Source: Cenarchaeum sp. | GTDB lineage: Archaea; Thermoproteota; Nitrososphaeria; Nitrososphaerales; Nitrosopumilaceae | Assembly: GCA_965212015.1 (NCBI GenBank) | Contig: OZ243037.1 | Span: 1,088,001-1,152,000 of the forward strand | DNA: 64,000 nucleotides | Reading direction: 5' to 3' | Shown: one piece after another, positions 31,648 to 42,600 of the stretch | How positions within the stretch are numbered: position 1 is the stretch's first letter | How the letters are laid out: every line of letters begins with the position of its first letter | Program-made: the position numbers and the translations under genes | The notes under the pieces: model-generated | Told to the model about the DNA's origin: nothing | Seen by the model: only the letters and a program-made list of their open reading frames with translations | Databases searched by the model: none

Positions 31648-32721
31648 TTAAGGTAGTACTTCCAATAATTTTTGGCCTATTCTTTTTGCTAAATGCACAG
31701 GAACTGCATCTCCAATCATTTCTTCTGCTCTTTGTCTATTGCCATTCATTTTGAAATTATCTGGAATTGTTTGTATTCTCATTGCTTCTCGTATCGATAT
31801 TCCTCTGTTTTGTGTAGGATGAATAAACCGTCCACATGCAGGAGTTGTGCAACGACACGTCATGGTTGGAGCAGGTCGATCCCACCACATTCTTCCATAT
31901 ACCGTATCAGCACCATGCTTGATTTTTTTATGGCATTTCAACCATAAATGTTTTGGTAATTGTGTTCGTTTCCCTCCATTTTTTGGAATAGCTTTTATCA
32001 TCCTCAATACTTTGGGATCATGATTTTTTGAAAAATGTAGATAATCATTTATATCAGATTTCCCAACACCAATAGGTTTAAGATCTTTTATTGCATCCTT
32101 TACTGTTTTATGTTTTTGTTTTTTTAAATGTAGAAATTTTTCTAAAGAAGATATAATTTGAGGAGTTATAAATTGTTTTTGTATGGATATGGCAATAATT
32201 CTATGTCTATTTTGCGGTACATTATAATCTGCAGCATTAACTATATTAAATAATGTTTTATAATCTGTTTTTTCCAATTTTTTTATATAATAATTAAAGA
32301 ATTTTTGTCCAGGGCCTTTTGCCATCCAAGAAACATTTTCAAATACCACAGCTGTAGGATGCATTTCTTCAACAATAGAAGCAAATTTTTTCACATATTT
32401 GCTTCTTGGATCAGATTTCGTATCCACCATAGTAGTATCAGATAATTTGCTAAACGATTGGCAGGGAGGACAGCCAACCATACAAAATTTCTCATTTTTA
32501 GATATTCTGCCAGCTTCCATAATTTTTTTACCATTAATTTTCATTATATCTGCCTGAATTGGATTTATTTTCAAATTGTTTTTATATACCTCACATCTGA
32601 GAGGATTGATTTCTATCGCAGCAGCGATTTCAAAACCTGCTTTTTTGAATCCCAATGACGCACACCCCATTCCTGAAAAAACGTCAATCATTTTGTATGG
32701 TTTTTTCATAATATCTTTCAT
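31648..32721 (-). CDS. DNA (cytosine-5)-methyltransferase
   Basis: DVFSGMG, GCPPCQSFS, FENV, PQNRHR and REAMRIQTIPD motifs. Confidence 0.95.
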   Translation of the reverse strand: MKDIMKKPYKMIDVFSGMGCASLGFKKAGFEIAAAIEINPLRCEVYKNNLKINPIQADIMKINGKKIMEAGRISKNEKFCMVGCPPCQSFSKLSDTTMVDTKSDPRSKYVKKFASIVEEMHPTAVVFENVSWMAKGPGQKFFNYYIKKLEKTDYKTLFNIVNAADYNVPQNRHRIIAISIQKQFITPQIISSLEKFLHLKKQKHKTVKDAIKDLKPIGVGKSDINDYLHFSKNHDPKVLRMIKAIPKNGGKRTQLPKHLWLKCHKKIKHGADTVYGRMWWDRPAPTMTCRCTTPACGRFIHPTQNRGISIREAMRIQTIPDNFKMNGNRQRAEEMIGDAVPVHLAKRIGQKLLEVLP

Positions 32722-33257
32722 TCGTGGGGTTTAATTAATTATTCATTAATGGATCACAACTCAAAAACAACAAAATCTCCTTTTCTAGTATCACCCACGC
32801 TCAAAACCACCTAAAATCATCCTCTATATAGACGATGGCAGACCCGATCCATAACCAGTTAGATCCCGTGCCTGTAGATCTAAATATCCCTCTTGAACCT
32901 AACCTGTTATCCATGTGAATTCCTTTTAAACATTTCACTCATTTACTCTGGTAAATAGGAGGGGGTTTTCACTGCGGCTGTAAAGACAGGATGTTTTTCT
33001 GGATTTGTGCAAAATCATCAGAGCAGCAAATTACAGAGATGTTGATCTGAGGCACACGGCCCCTAACGGCACTGCCAATCCCATCATGTATAGTATCGCT
33101 TTTTTTCAGGCAGTTTGTCCTCGATTCTCTTGAGAATTTCTATAATCTCCTTTTTGTCTTTTCCGTTAAGAATCATACTACAGGTAAATAGAGCCATGCC
33201 TATTAAGGCCGAAGATGCCGCCGGCCAGACAATATCAAGTATCACGCATAACCATAT

Positions 33258-34355
33258 GTGCCTAGAAAACGAAGTTCAGATGGTACCCGGCATGGGATAA
33301 AAAATGCAAACAAACAGATTACCCCTCGAAAAAATTTGGGTGTGAAGAGGATAAAATCGCAATCCCAGATATACGTCGGGATAGATCTGCACAAGGAATT
33401 CATGCAGGTCTCTGCAATGGATGCAGGCGGTAACGAGCTGCTAAACGAAAAGGTTCCGGCCATCAAGGAATATATCCGCAAATTCTTTCGCATCTTTCCG
33501 AAAAATGCAAAATGTGTCATGGAATCCTCATCTGTATGGTATGGAATATTCAGGTACATGACAGATGAATTGAAAATGGATGTCATATTATCTAATCTGT
33601 ACCAGACAAAGGCAATCGCCGCATCAAAGAAAAAGACGGACAAGATTGATGCGCGCATACTGGCGGATCTTTACAGGGGTGGATACATAGCCACGTGTCA
33701 TGTGCCGAACAAATACATTGTGGATCTTCGGCAGCTGGTGCGTCATCGCGCAAAGTTGGTAAAGACAAGATCCAAGATGAAAAACTATATCCACGGAATA
33801 CTGCTGCAAAATGCCATAAAGATACCTGGAACACCATTCTCATCCTATTTCATAGGGCAGCTGATGACCCTTGACGACTATAGAATAGATGAATATGTCA
33901 GAACCATACAGTTTTTCAATGATCGCATAATACAGGCGGATTTGAGAATAAAAGAGGCAGTACAAAAAAACCGGAATGCCCAGCTTTTGGAATCCATTAC
34001 GGGTGTGGGCAAGTTTAGCGCACTGGTAATTGCAGCAGAGATAGACGACATTAACCTGTTTTATGACTCGCACAAGCTTGCAGCATTTGCAGGTCTGGTC
34101 CCGTCCGTGAGAAACTCTGCAAATACAATACGTCACGGAAGGATAATCAGACGCGGCAGCCCCATGATGAGATGGGTACTGGCAGAGGCCATTCACTCCC
34201 ATGTTAGATTTGCAAAGGATTCTCCCATCTCAAAGTTTTATCTGTGCCTTGCAAAAAAGAAAAGTGCCTCCAAGGCCAAGATGGCAGCTGCTGCAAAGCT
34301 GTTGCGCATGATCTACTGGATGATGAAAAAAGGCATTACTTTTCAAGAGCTGTAA
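33258..34355 (+). CDS. IS110-family transposase
   Basis: YVGIDLHK, VMES and KTDKIDA (DEDD); SITGVGK and AFAGLVPSVRNS in the C-terminal domain. Confidence 0.92.
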   Translation: MPRKRSSDGTRHGIKNANKQITPRKNLGVKRIKSQSQIYVGIDLHKEFMQVSAMDAGGNELLNEKVPAIKEYIRKFFRIFPKNAKCVMESSSVWYGIFRYMTDELKMDVILSNLYQTKAIAASKKKTDKIDARILADLYRGGYIATCHVPNKYIVDLRQLVRHRAKLVKTRSKMKNYIHGILLQNAIKIPGTPFSSYFIGQLMTLDDYRIDEYVRTIQFFNDRIIQADLRIKEAVQKNRNAQLLESITGVGKFSALVIAAEIDDINLFYDSHKLAAFAGLVPSVRNSANTIRHGRIIRRGSPMMRWVLAEAIHSHVRFAKDSPISKFYLCLAKKKSASKAKMAAAAKLLRMIYWMMKKGITFQEL

Positions 34356-34579
34356 TCATGGTTAGAACTTTTATCCGCGATAAGGCTGTGAGGGAGATCC
34401 TCGGACGCATAAATGCGGCACGGTTCTAATGAATGGATGAAGAATGATACTGAGGGAGATCCTCGAATAGATACGTATCCGAACTTCGCTTTACGAAACA
34501 GGACATGTCCCAGTGTGAACTGTATTTTGTTATACAAAAGTGCGTGAAAAGTTTAAAAACCCTACACATAGATACGGTC

Positions 34580-35286
34580 TAATATCTCCGAAGAGATACA
34601 GGATGCAAAAAACATCGATGAGATAAAACATTTAGTCCCGGACAGCAACGGGGGAGAGCTGTACATAGATGGCACGCACATATCCATAGAGCGGCCGTCC
34701 GATCCTGCCGCAAGTGAAGTCTACTATATCGGCAGGAAAAAAAAGCACACGCTAAACATTACCATAGTGGCCAATCGCGACAAGCTGATTATTGCGACAG
34801 GAAAACCGATGCCAGGATCTATGCCGGATCTTGATATGTTCCGCGACAACGAGATTGATCTGGAATCGTTGAGCAAGAGCATGAATGATGAGAACGTGGC
34901 AAAAAAGGACAAAGTTACGGTATACGTGGACAAGGGATACCAGGCCATCGAGGGAGATCTGCCCGGCGCCAACGTCCAAAAGCCCACCAAAAAACCGAAA
35001 AATGCCGAGCTAGACGGCGCACAAAAAAATGAAAACAAAAGGATCAGCAACATTAGAATAAAAGTAGAGCACGCCATCTGCCGGCTAAAGCAGTATAAAA
35101 TACTGGCAAAACTGTATGTCGGCACCGACGAGGACCTGCGTAGGGATTTACTAATCGTGACGGGTCTTGCAAACTTTGATCTGCTGTGGGATGCGAAACG
35201 GGAACGCCTCAAGCACGGTTTTTGATCATACAATACGGGGCGCCTGAAGCGCTGTATTTCTGCGCATGGTTTTGTGAAACTGTGTG
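34580..35286 (+). pseudogene. Truncated divergent relative of the 1377-bp IS5 element
   Basis: YIDGT, VDKGY, RIKVEHAIC..GLANFDLLW; 5' half missing; downstream sequence matches 4590-4650. Confidence 0.85.
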
Positions 35287-35360
35287 ATCTATACGGATCA
35301 GGCATAATATACAGCACCATATTCACAATCATTTAAATTCTACGTATATGTACTACTTAT

Positions 35361-37343
35361 ATGACAAAATCATCTTACACCATGAGAATAAATCGAACCA
35401 CGGTAGACAAATTAGGAATTAAAATGTATGACAGACCTTCTGCTGTTTTGGCGGAAATAATAGCAAATTCGTATGATGCTGATGCAGAAAATGTATTAGT
35501 CAAATTACCTATGGGTAAATTGCTTGTGACAAAGACAAATGGCAACATACAAAATCAAGAATATGAAATGCAAGTTATTGACGATGGAATTGGTATGGAA
35601 CCCAATGTGATTGATAGTTTTTATCTTGTAGTTGGTTCTGACCGAAGAAAAGATTCTAGAAGAGGAAATTTAACCCCGAAAAACCGTAAGGTTATGGGTC
35701 GTAAAGGAATTGGTAAATTAGCTCCATTTGGAATATGCAAAGAAATTGAAGTAGAAACATCAGGAGGTGAAAAAACTGCCAAGGGCTATAAAATCGCTCA
35801 TTTCATTCTAAAATATGATGATATCAACAAGGAAACTAATGAGAATTACAAACCTGATAAAGGACTGCATGATGGAAAATATGCGAAGCATTCTGGAACT
35901 AAAATAACATTAAGAAGTTTTTATCGTAGGAAAACCCCTGATGCAATAACTTTTGGAAGGCAAATGGCACGTAGATTTGGTTTAGAAATGCCTAATTTTC
36001 ATGTAAAACTAATTGATCCTTATGAAGTAAAATGTTTCAAACTTAATCCACTCAATGTGGAATATGAAGATGAAACAAAAATTAGTTTAGACACCAAACC
36101 TATAATATTAGAAGACGGAAAAGAACTTCCGATCAAAGGATGGATCGCTTATGCAAAAACACCATATAAAAATCCAGATATTGCCGGTGTACGAATTTAT
36201 GCACGTGGAAAAATTGTGTCTTCAACTAGGGATTTTAACATGGATGCAGGATTTAGTGGGGAACACAACATTAGATCTTATTTGGTGGGTCAAATATTTG
36301 CGGATTGGTTAGATGATGATGAAGATTATATACGGAGTGATCGACAAGATATTTTGTGGGATGTAGATTTAGTTCGTGCATTTCAAAACTGGGGAAAAGA
36401 TCGAATCAAAGAATTAGGAAAAATATCTCTCAAACCTATGAGAGCGAAAACATGGAAATTATTCATGGAAAATTCAAATATTGAAAAAGATGCCAAAGAA
36501 AAATTCTCTGAAAAAATATTACAAGATACGGCAATTGGATTAGGAAAAACTATTGGTCAAATAGCAAATCGTGATGATTTAACAGATGAAGATTATATTA
36601 ATAGCTTAAAACAATTAATATTTACTGTAACGCCTCATAAAATGCTTGTTGATAGTTTACATGAAATAGAAAATTTAGAAGATCAAACTGATCCATTGAT
36701 ATATATTGCAAAAATTTTTGAAACTGCAAGGATTGCAGAAATTGCATCAATGGGTCAAGTAGCATTTGAACGAATACAAGTACTTAAAAAATTACAAACT
36801 ATGATAAGGGAATATCAAACCAACGAAAAACAACTTCAGGATTTGATTGAAAAATCCCCCTGGATAATTGATCCACAATGGACTACATTGTCTTCAAATA
36901 AAAGTTTCCACAATATGAGAAAAGCATTTGAAAGTTGGTATAAAAAAACATATGATGAAGAAATTGTAACTACTGCATTGTCTGGCGATGAATCAAAAAG
37001 ACCAGATTTTGTAATGCTTAATATTACATCTAAAAATATCGAAATAATAGAAATTAAAATTCCCATGCATAAATTACAAGATGATGAATTTAAACGAATA
37101 ATAATTTATTATGATAGAATGAATGAATTTTTAACTAAACATGAAGAGTTTAAAGTAGAATTTTCAAATGTACGAATTACATTAATTTGTGATGAATTAT
37201 GTTTAACTAATACTTCAAAACATGCATATGATGATTTGGATAATAAAGGAAATTTAATTAAAAAAAATTGGGAGAGAATATTAAAGGATTCAGAGAAATC
37301 ACATGAAGATTTCTTAAATATACAAAATTCTCAACAATATTAG
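35361..37343 (+). CDS. GHKL/MORC-type ATPase fused to a C-terminal PD-(D/E)xK nuclease domain
   Basis: EIIANSYDADA, DDGIGM, GRKGIGKLA and SGTKITL; C-terminal RPDFV...IIEIK. Confidence 0.85.
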   Translation: MTKSSYTMRINRTTVDKLGIKMYDRPSAVLAEIIANSYDADAENVLVKLPMGKLLVTKTNGNIQNQEYEMQVIDDGIGMEPNVIDSFYLVVGSDRRKDSRRGNLTPKNRKVMGRKGIGKLAPFGICKEIEVETSGGEKTAKGYKIAHFILKYDDINKETNENYKPDKGLHDGKYAKHSGTKITLRSFYRRKTPDAITFGRQMARRFGLEMPNFHVKLIDPYEVKCFKLNPLNVEYEDETKISLDTKPIILEDGKELPIKGWIAYAKTPYKNPDIAGVRIYARGKIVSSTRDFNMDAGFSGEHNIRSYLVGQIFADWLDDDEDYIRSDRQDILWDVDLVRAFQNWGKDRIKELGKISLKPMRAKTWKLFMENSNIEKDAKEKFSEKILQDTAIGLGKTIGQIANRDDLTDEDYINSLKQLIFTVTPHKMLVDSLHEIENLEDQTDPLIYIAKIFETARIAEIASMGQVAFERIQVLKKLQTMIREYQTNEKQLQDLIEKSPWIIDPQWTTLSSNKSFHNMRKAFESWYKKTYDEEIVTTALSGDESKRPDFVMLNITSKNIEIIEIKIPMHKLQDDEFKRIIIYYDRMNEFLTKHEEFKVEFSNVRITLICDELCLTNTSKHAYDDLDNKGNLIKKNWERILKDSEKSHEDFLNIQNSQQY

Positions 37344-37468
37344 ATGTATCCGTCTAGGTTTTTGAAGTTAGATCTTCTAGTCTGTTATTTTTAACCAATA
37401 CCTTTTCTGATCAGATCGACAGACAGCAATCATGCCTGAGAATATCCGGCATTATCGTGACAGATGTA

Positions 37469-37960
37469 CACGAATTGAAGAGAAATATAGGATCTACAAG
37501 ACAAATACACACGTCTTGAGGACAGAGATCTGGAGCACAGTGCGGAAAACAAACAGCTCCGGACGGAAAACAAGCAGATCAAAGCCGAAAACGTAGATCT
37601 CGGGCAAAGGATATCCATAATTGAGGTGGACAAACGTATCCAAAACGCCGACATGGCCGCATTAAAAAAGACAATTTCCGCCCTTGCGGCGAAAAACATC
37701 GGCATCCGGCGTACAAAAAAACTGTCACTGGGAAATCCCGCGGAAAATCCCGCACAAAACACGGCAGAAACAGCAGAAAAAAGCCAAACTGCGTCGATGA
37801 AAAGCGCACCGTTGACGATCGCAGCTGCAAAAACTGCGGCTCTGACCTGTCCGAATCATGTAACGAATACAAGAGAACAGTTGAGGAAATTATAGTAAAA
37901 ACGGTAGTCACAGAGTATACTATCGTCAGAAGATATTGTAAAAAATGCAAGAAACAAGTA
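37469..37960 (+). pseudogene. IS66-like transposase fragment
   Basis: Coiled coil, a KPGGK-like remnant and CxxC segments across broken frames. Confidence 0.5.
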
Positions 37961-38059
37961 TCATCTCTGCTATATTTAGCGTTATATTCACCTCTATAGA
38001 ATGTTTTGAGGAATTTGCATGCCGTTTCCGGTTCTTTGTACGGTATAGAACTTGTCCTG

Positions 38060-38260
38060 TATAGTCAGAGACCATCTCATAGCGTGCTGTCCATTTTGCA
38101 ACCCAGCTTGGTGCGCGCATCATTTGAATTGCTGTCTAGCGCTCGGTTATGTTGTAGGATTTGCGCATGTGTACCGCTATTATCCGTTCACGTATGTCTG
38201 GATCTTTTTCCATGTTCGCACACGTCTTAGCTCATCAATCTGTCGTTGAGTCATACAGAT
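38060..38260 (-). pseudogene. IS630-like HTH fragment
   Basis: EKDPDIRERIIAVHM...PSWVAKWTARYE with an internal stop. Confidence 0.5.
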
Positions 38261-38334
38261 ACTGCGTATGGGTGATCAATATAGTTTTCGGCCATATGCT
38301 TGTTTTAGATCTCGAACTTTGGATTGAGACTATA

Positions 38335-39387
38335 TTATCCCAGTAAATTTTTCATGTAATTTCTTACATCACTATATTTTTTATTCACCAAGCTGTAGTC
38401 TATGATTTTTTCTAATCCAAGGAGTTTGTTTATGATGATCAATTTAAAATCATCAGGATTAGCTTTTTCATGTTGATTTCCTCTAGGAGTTCCTTCTCCA
38501 ATATCCGAACAATAAGCATTGATTATATCCATGGAATGCGTGACAATGATGATCTGTTTACCTAATTTATTTACTGCATAGTTGAATAAATCTACAAGAA
38601 TCTCTATGCTGGTACTATGTTGGTACAATTCTGGTTCCTCTATTATTACGGTGCTGTTTTTTGGAGAAAATATCACTGCTGCGATGATTATCACTGCGTT
38701 TTGAATTCCATTACCTTGAAAATGTAGGTTTATGGCTTTAGTTGCATTGCCATCACTTCTGCGTGTGGATAGTGATGTGTTATAAGCCACTACAGGAGTT
38801 TTGAATAATTTTATTTGAGAATCAATTTTACGTAACCAGCATTCAAATAATTGTATGTCATTATCACGCATTGTAGATTTTTCAAGAAGAAATTGAATTA
38901 TATTTCTTCCATCTGGATATAGAGCTTGTATTTGTTTGGTAAAATAATTATCTGCTCTATCAGTTTGATCATTATTACGACCTGTAGGATTTTGATATTT
39001 TATAGTTTTTCTATATGATCCGATATATAAAATATTGTTTAAATTATTAATTAATGCTTCATTAGATATGGGCTTATCAATTGATATTTTTTTAGTGTCG
39101 CCAATAACATTGAGAGTAAACTCACATTTATCATTTTTTACCGTGATGTAAAAATTAGAAGATATATTATATGCCATTTCATTAAAACCGACTAGTGAAT
39201 AATAGTCAGATTTCCAATTAATGAGCTTTTTTGGTTCAATTATAGAGATTTTGGATAAATTTAATGCTTTAAAGATTGTACTTTTGCCGGAATTATTCGG
39301 GCCTACAATGACATTTAGCTTGTTAAAATATACGGAATATTCTTTATTAAAACATCCAAAATTATTTATTTTTATAAAATCAAGCAT
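38335..39387 (-). CDS. ABC/AAA ATPase (AAA_15/AAA_21-like), probably defence-associated
   Basis: VGPNNSGKST, QGNG, IIEEPE and IVTHS. Confidence 0.8.
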   Translation of the reverse strand: MLDFIKINNFGCFNKEYSVYFNKLNVIVGPNNSGKSTIFKALNLSKISIIEPKKLINWKSDYYSLVGFNEMAYNISSNFYITVKNDKCEFTLNVIGDTKKISIDKPISNEALINNLNNILYIGSYRKTIKYQNPTGRNNDQTDRADNYFTKQIQALYPDGRNIIQFLLEKSTMRDNDIQLFECWLRKIDSQIKLFKTPVVAYNTSLSTRRSDGNATKAINLHFQGNGIQNAVIIIAAVIFSPKNSTVIIEEPELYQHSTSIEILVDLFNYAVNKLGKQIIIVTHSMDIINAYCSDIGEGTPRGNQHEKANPDDFKLIIINKLLGLEKIIDYSLVNKKYSDVRNYMKNLLG

Positions 39388-39580
39388 GAAAATTATAGAT
39401 ATTTCCGAAATAAATATGTAATCGATTACCCGTCTTCAGGTCTGAAAACCCCAAAACAGCCTTTTCTAGTAAAATCCACGCCCAGACAGCCCCTCAGAAT
39501 TACCCCATCTCACGCCCAAAATCACACCATTTTACGCCCAAACACACCCAATATCATTCCACAACTAACGTTAGGCCTCT

Positions 39581-39600
39581 AAAAAAAATAAAAAAAGGGG
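39581..39600 (-). terminator. Archaeal oligo-T terminator of the S-layer gene (duplicated at about 17972-17991)
   Basis: CCCCTTTTTTATTTTTTTT on the - strand just after the stop. Confidence 0.6.
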
Positions 39601-39618
39601 AAATGTGTTGTTTCTAGT

Positions 39619-42600
39619 CTATACTACGTTGATGTCTATTACGGCTTTGGGTGACAGTGCAGTCGGGTTGGATACTGATTCCCAGGCAAACATTGTTACT
39701 GTGTATGCTCCAGGTGTGTCAGGTATCCATGACTGTGCTGCGTTTTGTGAACCGCCAGCTGGCATTACGCCTCCGGACCAATCAAGTTTGATGATCACTC
39801 CGTTTGCGTCTTCGATCTGTACCAAATATGCATAGTCCTGCTCCTTGTCCTGTCCGCTGGTCAGGTCCGCCTCAAAGTGCACCCGTGTATCCACGGATAT
39901 GCTAGCTAGGGGGTTTCCTTGACCGTCGACTACTCGCGGATCGGTGATTACCAGGCGCTCAAGAGGCGGTACTATTGTACCGATGAACGTTGTTCCCGTA
40001 ATCTGTACCTCATCCGTTGGTGAGTAATTCCTGTCAGGCAGGTCTGGGAGAGTATTGTCGTCATATTCAGCCTTTACCGTGTCGCCTTCAGCTACTCTGA
40101 GCCTGTGGCCAGATGAATCCTCGGTTAGCGAGAATGTCACTGTGCCCTCAAATATACCAGTTGCCTGGTTGGTCTCAGTTACAGTGAGGTCAATGCCTCC
40201 GCTGTCGCTGTCAGAGCGAACGTCAACGTCGAAGTTGTCTACCGATTCTGGATTCCAGTTCATATCCGGATCAATCACACGTACAGTGCCTGTTGATGAT
40301 GCAGCATAGCTAGCTTCTAGCCAGCTTACCTCACCGAGGTTCCATCTGATCAATGAAGAGCCGATTACGGTCTCATCCTCTGAGAACTCAAAGGATACCG
40401 TTACACCGTCGTCTTCAGTGGCAGCCAAGAGACCATCAGTTGGGCCTCTACCGTCAGACTCATAGCCGTCTGGTTGATCACCAGTGCGATCATTAATGCC
40501 ATCTCCATCGGCATCATGACGGAAACCGATGAGTATTACCTCACCCGTAAATATGCCCGTGTCGGGACCCGTCTCAGTCAGCCTGTATTGGTCAAGATCG
40601 CCCTCACCAGTGTTTACCCTTACCACGTCCTCGCTAGTTTCACCGATTTCATCAATCAGATCGCTGTCAAAGTTGTGGTCAGGTGCAAGTATGGTGATGT
40701 AGACCTTGTCAGTCCAGGTATACACCTTTTGATCAAGCTCTATCGTGGCGCCAAAGTTGGATGTGAGTACGGTAAGATTTACATCTTCGTCCTCGTCACC
40801 AACATAGTTTGCGCCAGATGGACCCCAATCGGTGTATTCTAGCTCGATTGCTTCGCCTCTGTCCAGATTACTTTGCTGTAGTGATTCAGGGATTTCAATG
40901 ACAACCTGGAAGATTCCAGTGCTGTCACCTGTCTCTCTAAATGCACTTGGTTCTGGATCGAAGTCTGCGGCAGATTCGCCTAGTTCACCCATGCTCAGTG
41001 TGGCATCGTCTGAATCCCATTCAATGAGATCCAGTGTATAGGTCTCGCGCTCGTCATTTTCAAGATCAAAGTCTGGCTCGATTAGAGTCAGAATCATGTC
41101 ACCGCCAATGATGTACGCGGACTTGTCGGATTGTAGTATGCCGTTTCTGAGGTCGAATGTAGCTGAATCAGTCACTGTGTTTGGATTACCTGATGCGTCT
41201 GTCGGATCCGTATATTCCACGGTAAGAATGTCACCTTGCAAGATACAGAAATCGTCTCCATCGGTACCATCGGTAACATTGAATCGGATATTAGAGCTTG
41301 CATTTCTTGTACCATTTTCCACATTCACAAAGCTGTCAGTGTTCGGGCAGTCGTTGCTATGCGGACCGTCAGTATACCTGACAGGCAGGTCTAGCTCGAA
41401 GATTCCAGCGTCTGGTGCAATCTCTGCAATCGGACCGAACTCGTACTGGTCGGTGGCACGTTCTGTGCCGACAGTGAGTCTGTCACCGTTGGTTTCGTTT
41501 GCACCTGCTGTTGCCAGAATTACAGTGTTAGAGCCTCTAGACACGGAAACCTGTATTGGTCCGTGTCGTGCTTCTTCTGCAATCATGTCTTCACCACTAC
41601 CAGATATGTCATAGTCTGGATCGTTGACTCTTACGTGTATTGTCAGATCACCGCGTTGGATTGTCTCGTCTGCCTGTATGCCGTTATCACGTATTCCGGC
41701 CAAATGAACCGGGAAGATGGATCGATCACCAGGGGTCGAACTAGTAGACTCATTAAAGTCTTCAATTACGCCAAAGGGTACCGGGAAGACAGTTCTATCG
41801 AAACTGACCGAACCGGTGTTTGCTCTGATTCCAGCAGAATCACCTACTTCGATGATTTCGCCGGACAGATCCCTATAGTCGACATAGTTGACCTCTAGAT
41901 CTACGCCCGTAGTGGATGTATATTCACCATTATTTTGACAATACACTGTTGGTATCTGGAATGTTCCTGTGAATATTCCGGAGGCCTTTGTGGTCTCGGC
42001 CATGGTAAATCCAGTGGCTCCAAGTCCATCGTCTGAGCCATCAGATCGATTAATATCACATGGCATATTATCATTGAAGTCATTCGCAGCGTTTGTCCAT
42101 AGTTCGTCGTTGAAGGTGATATCAAGCAGTCGTCCGAGATTTAGAGTTCGATCGTCTGTTGTACCAACCATATCCTGGTTATCTCCTGAAGACACCACAG
42201 TAAAGATATCCCTGACCTCCACATCTGTGTTCAGATCTGGATCCTCAAGGGTAACTGTTACCGTGTCGGCAATCTTGTAGTTGTTTGAGTCAAACGATAC
42301 CACGCCGGAATGAGTCGGTGCTTCTACCTGGTCTGCGACCTGTGTAGCTACGCCATCCTCGCCCAAGTCAAGATAGTTGATTCTCACTGAATCCTCGTCT
42401 GTAAGATCATTGTGGATGATCATTTCTGCATCATCGCTGATCACGTCCAGATTTGGAATGTAAGAAGCAGTATCGTTGACATTGAGCTGGTTTAGCATCA
42501 GGAACTCTAGGGAGCCTATAAAGACCCCGGTATTGTCCCCGCTCTCTTCTAGCTCCAGCCTATAGATGGCATTGTTGATCCTGTCACCAGGGGCAACACC

